From Catajapyx aquilonaris (taxonomy: Eukaryota), in assembly GCA_000934665.2 (NCBI GenBank), contig JYFJ02003629.1, positions 1-39,691 of the forward strand: DNA of 39,691 nucleotides, read 5' to 3'. Below, in pieces: positions 12,526-24,478 of the stretch. The notes beneath the pieces were generated by a model, which did no database searches, was not told where the DNA came from, and was given only the letters and a program-made list of their open reading frames with translations. Position 1 is the stretch's first letter. Each line of letters begins with the position of its first letter. The position numbers and the translations under genes are program-made.

Positions 12526-13754
12526 AGATATAAATAATTGTTGTATTGAAAATAACATTTTCGCAAAAATAAAATCGGTGCCATAACACAGTAACCCACA
12601 ATAAAACCAGCTGGCAGCACAAAAATGCTATTATTATTTTTTAGAATATGTGCGATTGTAACATAATTATGTTATGACAGATTTTTTTTAAAGATGGTCA
12701 AAAATACCAGATTCAAACACTGTACAGTACATTTTACAATTAAACTTTATTAAAAGTACGGTACTTGTCTGCCAAAATGTAAAAATAATATAAACTTGTA
12801 TAATAATTATAAGCGACATTTTCAGTACATATTTTTGATTAATGAACAAGGCGGACACATTTAAAAAAATGGTTTACAAGATACAAACACTGCTCATTCT
12901 CAAATGAAAAAATTAAAACTTGCCGTGTCAGCCAAACTGTAAAAATAATATAAGACGTCGTTTTATACTGTATATTTTTGATTAATATTCATACATGGTA
13001 ACGCACTTACTTTTTCTAATTATCAAGTTATTGTCGCAGGCTTTTCCTATAAATCACTAATTGAATTTATTTGGCCAAAAACACTGGCAGGGATACATTA
13101 TTTTATGACAAACCTGATGAGAACGACTCCATGTCCCAATCCCACGTAGGAAAATCCATGATAATTATTTCGCTTCTTCCTCGAAAATCAATGCAATTAG
13201 CGCGTGATTAAATAGCACTTTTTTCCAAGTCCTTTCGAAACACCAAACACTACTTATGATACAAAGTATAAGCCACTTGGTGCCACCGACACAACTCGGA
13301 ACACTAGCCAGCAGAGTCTTGTAATACCAACGCTATATTTTGTCGTACACAGTAGGCTACAATATTCATGAGTTGAAAACAAAGCGATGTCATCAGATCG
13401 ATCGGGGATAAAAAGTTTGATCAGCAATTTTGTGATGCTTATTTTCAGCCCCATCTGCATGTCAACCTGTCAACAATGGATCGATGTTTTTTTTTTAAAA
13501 AAATAATGTAAAATACAACAACAAGCAACGTTATTCTCGTAATGAAATGGTGGCGTATTTTTTCCCCAAAAGGTGACTAACGAAGGACCATGACCTGTAC
13601 CTTGAAAAATATTTTTTCCAACGGTAGTGGATGACCCATATTGATAGTCACTTATAGCCATTGGGTAAAACGGAAGTTGCAGGTACCGTTGCATGGGTTT
13701 AAATACTGTATAGTAGATTTTTGGGGGCATTACTTGACTTCGAAAGCTCCAAAA

Positions 13755-14481
13755 ATGTATCTTAAACTCTCAACGCTGTTGCTGCTCGTCGGAGTTGTCG
13801 CAGGTACGTACTTTTTTATTATTTAATAATGATTCATACATAATATCCTTCAATATCTTGGGAGAAAAAATTATCATATGCCTAATTGTTCTGCATGTGC
13901 ATACTCTAGTATGGTGCCAAACATCGGACTATACCAGTACGACGGAGATACCAGACACCGAGACGACCACAATGATTCAGGAACAACGAGAACCTGACAT
14001 TGAAGTACGTGAGATCATACCTTGCCGACCCGAAATCCGGGTCAATTGCATGTACAAGTGCAGGGAGAAAGGACTGGATTACGCTACTTGCAGCGACGAC
14101 AATGATTGCTCTTGTTACCAGAAGCCATCTAGACCACAAGGTTAGTCCATACAGTCGTGAAAATGAGTAAGGTAGTAGACCTGAGTCACCTGACGCTCAA
14201 ATTAGCCTCCAAGAGAGGACCGAGTGCGCACCCACATGAAGCTGCGCGAATGTGGGTGCGCACTCGGTCCTCTCTTGGATGCTAATTTGAGCTCCTTTCC
14301 GGCCAATGTACGTACTTCCATATATATTATTACTGACAGCATTTTGTATGTTGTAGTTGCAGGAAAGGACCCGGTTTCACGAACATTGCTGTGTTTCCCT
14401 AGCCTCTGCTTCGAGTTCTGCCGGATCACCGGATACTGGGCCGGATTCTGCCAGGGACCCACCAGCTGCATGTGTTTTTAA
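13755..14481 (+). CDS. Secreted protein with a Thr/Glu-rich pro-region and two CS-alpha-beta domains, about 132 aa
   Basis: Exons 13755-13803 (MYLKLSTLLLLVGVVA), 13910-14140 and 14363-14481 (alternative acceptor 6 nt upstream), joined by phase-1 introns. Domains: CRPEIRVNCMYKCREKGLDYATCSDDNDCSC and CFPSLCFEFCRITGYWAGFCQGPTSCMC. Confidence 0.8.
14195..14292. repeat. 98-nt near-perfect hairpin (43-bp arms, 12-nt loop) in an intron; probable tiny MITE
   Basis: 14195-14237 is the reverse complement of 14250-14292 with a single mismatch. Confidence 0.85.
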
Positions 14482-15595
14482 CTGCAACTTAAAATGACAC
14501 TACCGTCGTGTTCATCATCGTCAACATGACATTATATGACTCTGTGTACCGGTAATAAGTTAATTTATTGCGCCAATAAAGACAACTCTCGTAATAGGCT
14601 ACATCACCAGTCTTATTGTCATCTAATTATTAATAGGCTACCCAACTGTCATGGAAACTCCTGCCGCACCGTACGGCCTACAGCTTTGGGAGTGGTGTCA
14701 AAATTTTTCTCGGATTTTCTATATTTGCAAACCAATTTGTTTGTTTGGGAAATAATGCCATTGGAATTTATAAAGCGCAAAAAAACGCAAAAAAAACGCG
14801 CAAAGTCGCAGTTCCACGGAATTCCCATTTCCGCCGCGCAGGGCGCCACCTGTTTGGTCGGAACCGGTCGCGACTTTCTTACTTCCGCACTTATTTACCG
14901 TCGTATGTCGCTGCGATGCTGCTACCATGGTAACCACTTTTGCCAAATTTTGGCAACCGGTGATTAGTTTGACTTCTAACTTTGAAGAAGCCCTGTATTG
15001 ATCGTATATAAATATTATTTTTTCAACCCGTTCCAACCTGTCCCTTTAAAAAACTTTAAAAAAAAACAAAAACCCAAAAAAACGCGGCCATATTGGGCGC
15101 CAACAAGTACTTGACCAAGCCGCCGCCAGATGGCTCACCCTCCTCTATAACTGCTCTAATTGTAAACGAACAAAGTTTTTAAACAAAAATAATATTACCC
15201 AACTTTAACGCACCAAATATTAAGCCCGTAAATTCGCAATTGAATAATCTGACAATTAAATCGAGTTCGTGTGTGTGTGTCACGATTCCACCGCCATCTG
15301 TCGTGTGAAAAGGGCGGCGTCTCACCCACTCTCGTTGAGAAGAAAAGATTGTTCCGATTTTTTCCTTCTCGAAATTTCGTCTCTTTTTCCTTTCGAATTC
15401 AAGAGGGTTTCCAGCCGTGTCCTCCTCCTTCACCCTCCACTCCCTTCAGACCCTTTGCTTCAGCCTGGAGATTCAGCCCCCCCGGTAGCCCCCGTTGAGA
15501 GAGACTCAGGAACTCGCTTGGGGGAAGGGGCGTCCCCGTCCGTCTCGTCATGTTCCACTAAACGTCAATCGAACGCGTAAGGTTTTTATCCGCTC

Positions 15596-15626
<31 letters not shown>

Positions 15627-15689
15627 TAATGTAAATAACGCTCAGCTGATCCCGTCCTTCTAATAAGCATTTGTTGTCGTTGGCAGCAC

Positions 15690-16610
15690 GGCAACAATTG
15701 TTGCAATGGAAGGGTTGGCATCCTGGGCAAACCAAACCTGGACAAACAAACAGACAAATTCTGCTAGGCCTAGTCTCCTATTAACGTCATGCAATGTGTG
15801 CTTGTTCTTAAAATAAATTTTAAAAAAATGAACATAACGAGTTGGAGGGACGCCCGTTCTAATCATCGTACCACATGGCAACATGTTGATATGATAACCC
15901 GTTGCCATGGTAACCTGGCCAAACAAACGGACAAACTTAGCCTTTTGTTTTGAACCCGGGCCTTAGCGAGGTGTCATTAATTAAATGAAAGTAACTGGCG
16001 CTGGAACGTTGCTCTATGATCATCATTGGTACCGTGGCAACCGGTTGCCGTGGATGTCGAACCTAGACGTGCAAACAGACAAACTTTTCCTTTTCCGAAG
16101 CCAGGTCTCGTGAGCGTCATGCTTTTAACGTCGCTATGTTTAACTGGAAATTACTAGCAGCGGAACCCTGACCTAACGTCACCCTGAATGCCACAGCAAC
16201 GGGTTGCCATGGTAGCTGGACAAACAAACGAACGCACTTGGCCTTTTTTTTCTCGAAGCCAGATCTCGTCGAGCGCCATGTTTCTCTAACGCCATGCAAG
16301 GTTTACTAATTAATTATGTATTTATTAATGAACATATAACTAGCAGCCAGGAACCAAGTTCCAATCATTGATGAAATGAAGCGGGTTGTCATGGTGACCA
16401 AACAATGGACAAACAAACAACCAAACTTGGCCGTTTTGAAGGCAGGCCTCTCGGGACGTCATGAATGGCTTATTATCATTGTTTAAATTTTTATGAACAT
16501 AACTAGCTGCCGAACCTCGTTCTAATCATTGCAGCATGGTAACAGGTTGCCATGAAAACCCGTTGCCGTGGAAACCTGGACGAACAAACAAACTTAGCCA
16601 TTTGTAACGA
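15690..16610. repeat. Degenerate tandem array (about 6 units of 160-190 bp) in the presumed 5' UTR intron of the POGZ-like gene
   Basis: Recurring gttgccatgg...ctggacaaacaaac..acaaactt.gcc blocks near 15740, 15900, 16045, 16203, 16385 and 16562. Confidence 0.75.
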
Positions 16611-16742
16611 TGGAAATGGCAGTTTACACAATATTGTTCAGTTAAAGAAGTTGGGGCGTGATTGGCAGCTGTTTGTAATTTTGCAATGATCTGTTTCAGA
16701 TTTTTCGGCTGAAATTTTGGTTGCTGTGCCAGATTATCAACA

Positions 16743-19700
16743 ATGGTGGGTGAAGTGAACGGCTGCGGCGAGGATGACATCTCGCTGTACATGGAGTGTG
16801 TGGACGAGGATCCGGAGCCGTGCCAGATGGCGGTGTACGAGCGGCTCGTGAAGGAGAAGGAGGCCTTCCAGGCGCAGCTGGAACTGTTGCGGAAGAATGG
16901 GGCGGAGATACTGGGGAAGGCCCTGCAGGGTCCGCGGCCCGTTCAGGTGATCCAGGCGCAGGGAGCCGCTCCGGTCAAGACGACGCAGATCAGGCCGCCC
17001 ATTCCGGTTGCTCCGGTGCCGCAGGGCGTGAGGCAACTGGTGCCGCTTCCGAAAGGGGCCGCGGGTCAGATTATAGTGCAGGGAGCTCCTGCGGGTGGCG
17101 GACAGTACCAGCTGCTGATGGACCCTAACCTGGGCCTGGTTGTGGGAACATTGCCGCCCAACAATGCGGCCGGCACACAAGGTTCGTATGGTTGACACCC
17201 GAGTGGAGCATTTGACGAACTTAATTTATTTACAGTGCTGACAAGAGCACCGTTTACAACAACAGCACCGTTTACAACAACAGCACCGTTTACAACAACA
17301 GCACCGCCTATTGTAAGTATGAACTTAACTAGAATGGAGTTAATTACTGTAATGGCTTAATTATAGGTGCCAGCCAATGCTGTTGCGACTCAGCTACGGC
17401 CGTTGAATCCTGTGGCGCAACCTGTACGACCTGTTTCAATCGTAAGCACTAGTACACGTACTGCTTCGACTGTCAGTACCGGTGCATCATCTGCTCCAGT
17501 GATTAGTGCTGGTATGTATACCGGTAACACATTTTAAAGCAACATTCCGCGTTGACGTTACGATTTGTTTCAGTACCAAGTGCGAATCTGCTTCAAATAC
17601 AACCCAAGGCGCCTTCAGTGTTGATGGTGCCGCAGAAGCAAAGTCTTCTTAAGGCTGCAACACCCGCAGCTTCTGCAGCACCAAATGCAGCACCGCAACG
17701 TGGCATTAAGGACGTACCAGTTGTCGATCTGACGAAAGGAGAAGATCAAGTCGTGGAGGGTGATCCCAAAGTGATAACCACTTTCCGATCTGAAACCGGA
17801 CAAGGAAAGACCTTTCCATCGCTCGTCGTGATGGTACGCCCCTGTCTACATGATAAAATGCCGAAGGGATTTGCTAATGCCGAGCGAGCAAAACTAGGTA
17901 TTGTACTTCACCAAGGGTTCGATATAGTTTTGTAACCTTGTATTGCGTTCGCAGATGTGAAGATAAAGAACGTACTGGTGTACACACCGACCCGATTCAC
18001 CGAGTGGTTGCTTCAGCAAGGAATGGTACGGAGCGAGCAGAAATGCAAGTATCACGTGACGCCTCAGCTATCTCAGATCAACTTTAAGCTTGGGATGTAC
18101 TCGGATGGTAGCCATTTTCCGTACAGCGGCGGCTACGTTTGGATAAGCGAATGCTGCCCGAACCGCCTGGTCTCTGTTTTTAACGGATCCATATTTGAAG
18201 GAGCGCCTCATCCGCCCACGATCCTTCTGAAGCTGATGTACCATTGGGCATGCCAGACGAATGTCCAGAATGTGATTCAGTGGGTCAAAGTGGATAACTA
18301 CTACGTGAAGAACTTTTTCGCGTACATGCGCAGCGCTTGCGTGTCGGCCATACACCAGAAGTTTGGAAAGATGGGAAAGCCTGGAAAGTTTGTGGAAGTT
18401 GGAGTGATTAGCCTTGGAACAACGTCGCAGGATGGAAAACAGCGGCAGGTGAAGGTTGAGGTTCTGGGTGCGTTGGACGTGGAGAATAAGTGGATCCGGT
18501 TGAGAGCTGTCGAGCCGCCTCAGGATTCGGAACGGAACAGCAAGAAGCGGTTCATGAAGATTCTGTCGCCGCTGGAAAACTGGATCGAGAAAAGCAGCGT
18601 TATCGTTACCGACTTCACGATCGATAAGGAAACATTGCATCAGTTGGGATACGCAAACGTCATCCAGAGCTCATCTGGACAGAACATGACTGCACCGCAC
18701 AACAACACTCACATCATGGACTACTTGCGGAAGGTTATTCCAAAAATGTTTCAGGTAATGATGCGGTATTAACGAGTAAGAATAATTGTATGCTCATTTG
18801 CCATTTATATCTTTCAGAACACTCTGTCGCTGCTGACTCGCAACCTGATTCAGCAGTTTTTGGATGAGCTGGTGTGGCGTGAAAGATGGGGCATCGTGGC
18901 GTCCGCTGCGTTTGATAACCTGATAGAGCATATGGCTGATCAAACGAGAGCTGAAAAAGGTGCGTACCGATACGCTCGGTAGAGTCGCAGAGATTCGACT
19001 TAATCTGTCATTTGCAGTCGACACGTTCATCAATCGGCTGAACAAGATTGCGCTCAACCCGTTTCAAGACTGGAGCTATCAGATCCCCGGGAGGGAATCT
19101 GTGAGGCTCGTAATCAGCGGTTCAAATGCGACTCGGCAAATTCAGCCTGGAAATCAGGTGGTGCCTGTGATGCCGAGAAGCTCGATTGATATGCTGCCAG
19201 CGAGTATCCGCGATGTTCAGGTATGCCATACAAATGCGTTTGAATCTATGGAAGTTAATGTGTTGCATTTGTTAGCCGAGACATCCTCCTCTGGCAAGAG
19301 CGGCTGTAAAGCGAGCGTCTCCATCTGATGGCGGCAGTGCTAGTAAAATGATTCGTAAAGAAGACATGCAATCTCTTGAAGCTTACTATTACGGAACGAT
19401 GCCAGGGAATTCCGATCGTGACCTCACCCATCTCAATATTACTCACAAGGTACGACAACTCGTTACTTTTACGAAGCAATGAAATTAACCGAAATTTAAT
19501 TGCAGTGTCCCATTTGCGCCCACCACATGGCGACCAATTTGGAAGTTGTGAAGCACATGATGCTTCACGTCGACCCTTCTTTAAGCGGAGGTGCATTACC
19601 TGCTGCGCCGGTGCAATGCAAATATTGTATGAAGGATATGAGAACTGAAAGCACATTGAATCTTCATGTGGAAGCTGTACGTCGATGAGATCATACCATC

Positions 19701-21553
19701 TTTCCAAATGTTTACTGACCAAATATTTTCAGGCCCATGTTTGCTCCAAAATGACCCACATTTGTCGGATCTGCGATGAGGTTTTCCTGAAGCCCGACAT
19801 GCTCATTAACCACATGCATAAGAACCATGTCGGAAAGGAGATGCCGTATGTATGCGGTGGGTGTGGCTTCCGTGCCTCTTTCCGTCACACATTGGTCGAT
19901 CATTTCTGGGAAAAGCATGAAGGCACGGACGTGGCTCTATGCCCGTATTGCTTGAGGACATTGTGCATTAAGGCGAACCAGAACATCCCGCACTTGTTGC
20001 GCCATTTGCAGGTAAATACTTGGTAAATTCTGCCAGGATTTGGTTGCAAATATTGTCGTTTTACAGCGACATCTGGGCAAATCTGCGAAGCCGAGGTGCA
20101 GATTATGCACCCTCGTCTTCCTGACCGATGGGCACCTGAAGCAGCACAGTGCCCGTGCACATGCCTCGTTCCAAGATCATCTAGGTATGTTACTTTGACC
20201 AGCAACTTGCATGGAGTTGCTCAATTTGCGTCTTGCAGGTGTTTCGCCTCTGAAGGTCCCAGGCTCAAAAGATGACCAGCTTATGCCTCCGCCGCCTCCG
20301 ATCCAAGCTGCACGTATGCATCCAGGTCCGAGGGTCAAACCACCATTCTCCACGTCCCATAATTCCGAACTGGTGTTCTACAGTGTTGAGAAGGATGTCA
20401 ACAAGTGTTACGAGTGCAGCAGATTCATGAGCGATGCAGGACACTACACGTAAGTCACTGCATTACAGTTCGTTACAGACTGTGTCTGACAACAATTGCG
20501 TCCACAGGTCTTACTACTGCTGCGAAAAGTGCCGCTACTCGACTTGCTGCAGGCAGGGAATTGTTAGCCACGTAAAGAACTTTCATTCAAACCGCAAGTC
20601 GACCTTCAAATTGGGACGCTCGACTACGTTGCCTCAGATAATGAAGTGCGCTTGCGGCGAGAATTTCAGCACTGGAAATTCACTAGGTACTTACTTCCTT
20701 ACGTTTACATGAGAGCGATTCACTCAGCGATGCATCCAATTGCGTGGGGCGAAAGTAATGAGTACGTTTCGCTCCCAAACGATTGATTTCATTGCTGATC
20801 AAATCACTCACATGTATTCCTGGCCTAAATCAGTTTTTTTTTCTGATATATGGAATTTCGCGTTTGTTACATACTATTGTTCATTCGTAGCTAAGCATTT
20901 AGTTGAATGCGGATACACCATTGCGTATCCAACGGGGATACCTGTACCGATGGATGCGGACAGCTATCCGTCAGCTTCCTTCCCGCCACTGGTTGATTTG
21001 GACGATCAGACTGAAAAGGATCCGAGCGAAGAGTTGCTGAAGGCGTACGCTAAGAAGGACAACAGCGGTTCGAACAACAAAAAAGAATCGCAGCAACAAT
21101 CAAACGTGAAAGGTATGGAGCGCAACGGAGGATAAAATAGCAGGGGAATTCTTCATGGCCGTGAAATTAATACGGAGATTGGCCAAACGCTGAGTGTTTT
21201 GTTGACCGTTTGCTGTCTTTGCAGATGGGGAATTTCCCAGCATGCTGAATGTGCTGGGGTTGGTACGGAAGTCGACTGAAGATGCTGGGGAAGACGGACC
21301 GGCTTCGACCAGCAAGGAAGCTGGATCGGCTGAAGAAAGTGCTGAATCTTCCGCAGAAGCGAAAACAAGTGCAGATGAAGGGAAAACCGGTGCAGATGGA
21401 GAGAAAACCGGTGCGGATGGAGAGAGAACCGGTGCGGATGGAGAGAAAACCGGTGCTGATGCAGAGAAAGCTGGTGAAGGGAAAACTGGTGTGGCTGAAG
21501 AGAAAACTGGTGCGGCTGAGGAAGCGGACAAAGGCCCGCAAGCATCGGAATAG
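16743..21553 (+). CDS. POGZ: POGZ/ZNF280/Row-family zinc-finger protein containing an internal Merlin/ISXO2-like transposase-derived domain; 15 coding exons, about 1270 aa
   Basis: Exons 16743-17181, 17236-17312, 17367-17511, 17574-17897, 17955-18754, 18818-18959, 19018-19220, 19276-19449, 19506-19676, 19733-20011, 20067-20184, 20239-20449, 20508-20686, 20891-21112 and 21225-21553 join in frame (3813 nt). Family signatures: LYMECVDEDPEPCQ (cf. POGZ LFMECEEEELEPWQ), YYYG, EMPYVC..C.FRAS, LCPYCL, an HPZ-like CYEC...CEKCRYSTCC...SH..NFH, and GNSLAKHLV. A probable non-coding first exon ends at the donor near 15577. Confidence 0.85.
20697..20826. mobile_element. Degenerate MITE (same family as 21948, 22014, 31718 and 32940) in a POGZ-like intron
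   Basis: Imperfect inverted arms tttacatgagagcgatt...aatcactcacatgta are shared with the other copies. Confidence 0.55.
21361..21530 (+). repeat. Coding 21-bp minisatellite encoding (KTGADGE)-like heptapeptides
   Basis: About 7-8 degenerate copies of aaaaccggtgc(a/g)gatggagag in the last exon. Confidence 0.85.
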
Positions 21554-21947
21554 TCCATCGCCAGATATTTCGCAATCATCCAGCAGATTCCTGGCATTGA
21601 GAGATCTATGCTACAAACTAACAATCTTTTGTCTATATCAGTATTCAGTCGAATATTAGGAAACAATTATTAGTGTGTAGCATAGATGCAGTCAATGCCA
21701 GGAACTTGCTGGATGTTTGGACCACATTTTATTCTGGACCTAGTGCGATTAGGATATGATGCAATTCAATTCATTAGCTGGAGCACAAAATGTTGCCGGA
21801 ACAATTTTTGATATAAGGTATGATAGTGGAAGAAATCTCGGCTGTAAATGTCTTGAGAGTTGCATGGTGCCAGTTACGATCCAAGTAATTGAGGGGCTTT
21901 GAATTGTTGCTGAAGGCTCTTGCTAGATCATTCCTTGAACAGTATTA

Positions 21948-22173
21948 AGCCGTGTTTACGTATGAGTGATTTGATCAGCAATGTACATTGCCGATCAAAT
22001 CGCTCGCATGTAAAGGTGCGTTTGCATGTGAGCGATTTGATGAGCGAAATCTTCGCCGAGGCTAAGTAACCAATATTGTTTGAGGTGAAAATCGATTGTT
22101 AATTTCAGCCTTTGTGAAGATTTCGCTTGTCAAATCGCTCACATGTATTCGCTCACCTTATGTAAACGCGGCT
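21948..22173. mobile_element. Nested MITE pair: outer AGCCGTGTTTAC...GTAAACGCGGCT containing inner AGGTGCG...CACCT (22014-22158)
   Basis: Both elements have inverted arms of the tgtgagcgatttg...caaatcgctcaca family. The inner element interrupts the right arm of the outer one, with ATGTAA present on both sides of it. Confidence 0.7.
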
Positions 22174-23249
22174 TTGGATAAATCTTAACAATGACGAGCA
22201 GCTGGAATTGTGATTAACGTAATTGAAGTTTTAATCAGGATTTGATTTTTGTGAGCTGAAAAATTCAAGCTACCAGTGTTGAGAGAATGATGATTGATTA
22301 CACATTGATAACTTCTTTGCAGCAGACGGCTGCAGAAGAATTTATTTGTTTTCTAATGCTACTTTTGCGATGATATACACAATTATTACGACAGGTGTTG
22401 GTGAAGTATATAGTTGACATTATTGGGTAATGTTTTGTACTCAACTATTGAGATGTGCGGACTCTGACACTTCATCTTTCCTGAATCACACAGCTGCATA
22501 GTTTTCAGGTAAACATTTTTTTTTTGTTGCGATCTGTATGTGCTTCAATATTCATGATCATGAAAAAGTTGATTACAGGAAGTGCATTTGAATCAAACGT
22601 ACAAGCATTACAAATAAGTTCGTTTTGTGGATGAATCGAAAGGGACTGGAGGTGTGGGGGACGTGATCTTAATTTTGCCTGTTTATTTCAGTTTTTATTT
22701 TATGCCAGGGTGATCTGCATTTTTAGGTTTATCGTGTGCTGTGTCTCCTACTTTGTGCGAATCATGTTTAGTAAGTAATTGGCCTTGTGATTGGTTGGAT
22801 GTTAATGATGGCCCACCTCAGGGAGAACCTGTGGAATTTTATACCGAGTTCTCTCCAAGGATTTGTGTGCAGTACTTTTGTCATAATGGATAGTAAATGT
22901 GTCTCCGGATATCGCTGGCATGCTTATTTTTAACAATTGCTCTTGGTTTTATTTTAGTGGGAACTAATTATCCCCCTAGCTGTAACGAGGAACAAATCTT
23001 ATTGTTTTATTCCTGGCAAAAGAGCAGTGCAGTAATTTTTCATCCAACTGAAATAATGCGTCAGAATTTTAAGAGCAAGAATCNCCCCCCCTTCAAGTAC
23101 AGCCAGTATTTTTCTCCCACTCGAATCACGTGTACGTCTGACGTCATTGCACCAGATAAGACATGAGCCAATTACAAATAAATTTGTTGCATCACCCTTC
23201 ATGATTTTTTACTTTCCATTTTTGCCCATTTCAAGTGAACCTACTCATA

Positions 23250-24350
23250 ACAATTATAACTAATAACAAATAACTAAAGTAACCAAAGAAATATAGCTAA
23301 AATAACTAATTGCCTGTAACTTAACCAATAAGAAATAACACCTAAAATAACTAATAGCATGTAACTAACAACCAATAGAATATAATAGTTAAAATAACCA
23401 ATAGAATTGTTAGCTAAAATAACCAGTAAAATAAAATAGCTAAAATAGCCAATAAAATATAATATCTAAATAACTGATAAAATATAACAGCTAAAATAAC
23501 TAATTGGCTGTAGCATAACCAATAACATACCTAAAATGTAACTAACAACCAATAGAATATGATAGCTAAAATAGCCAATAAAATATAATATCTAAATAAC
23601 TGATAAAATATAACAGCTAAAATAACTAATTGGCTGTAACATAACCAATAACATACCTAAAATGTAACTAACAACGAATAGAATATAATAGCTAAAATAG
23701 CCAATAAAATATATCTAAATAACTGATAAAATATAACAGCTAAAATAACTAATTGGCTGTAGCATAACCAATAACATACCTAAAATGTAACTAACAACCA
23801 ATAGAATATGATAGCTAAAAGAGCCAATAAAATATAATATCTAAATAACTGATAAAATATAACAGCTAAAATAACTAATATGTAACTATGATAAAATATA
23901 ACAGCTAAAACAACTAATATGTAACTATGATAAAATATAACAGCTAAAATAACTAATATGTAACTATGATAAAATATAACAGCTAAAATAACTAATATGT
24001 AACTATGATAAAATATAACAGCTAAAATAACTAATGTGTAACTATGATAAAATATAACAGCTAAAATAACTAATATGTAACTGATAAATGATAACCAATA
24101 ACATACAGTACCTTAAATAATAAATAATGAATAACAAAAAATAACCATAGACGCAACAGCTAGTAATCAATAGTTATTAACTTGTTATTAATAACCAATA
24201 ACAAATAGCAAATGAAGTCTAATAACCAAATTATTATTTAATAACTAATAATTACAATTACGAAATTAATTTAAAAAATAAAAATGAAAACTAAAGCAAA
24301 TAATTACCAATAATAACTAATGCTAAGTAATAGCCAAAACCTAATTAAAT
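23250..24350. repeat. AT-rich compound satellite (123-126-bp unit x about 3.5, then 39-bp unit x about 5)
   Basis: aataacatacctaaaatgta recurs at 23521, 23647 and 23770. tgtaactatgataaaatataacagctaaaataactaata recurs with period 39 from 23881. Confidence 0.9.
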
Positions 24351-24470
24351 AAAGTAAAACATTTGAAGGAAAAATTTTGGTCCGCACCACGGTCCGCACA
24401 AATTAATATTATTTCGCAGCCTCAGTACAGTTCCCCATAAATACTTCGAACATATAAGAAATGAAAGGAG

Positions 24471-24478
24471 TGACGTCA
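24471..24478. promoter_or_regulatory. CRE/ATF palindrome upstream of MFAP1
   Basis: TGACGTCA about 150 nt upstream of the ATG. The same TGACGTCACG also occurs at 35213, upstream of the CCDC152-like gene. Confidence 0.4.

Noticed and set aside
11310..13000. About 150-bp degenerate direct duplications in the polydefensin intron (about 11320-11590) and downstream (about 12670-12990)
   Set aside because: They are real but AT-rich, short local duplications with no evident function or element hallmarks.
17957..18772. Autonomous transposon ORF
   Set aside because: It is in frame with flanking host exons through canonical splice sites, two of three putative catalytic residues are substituted, and no TIRs or TSD were found.
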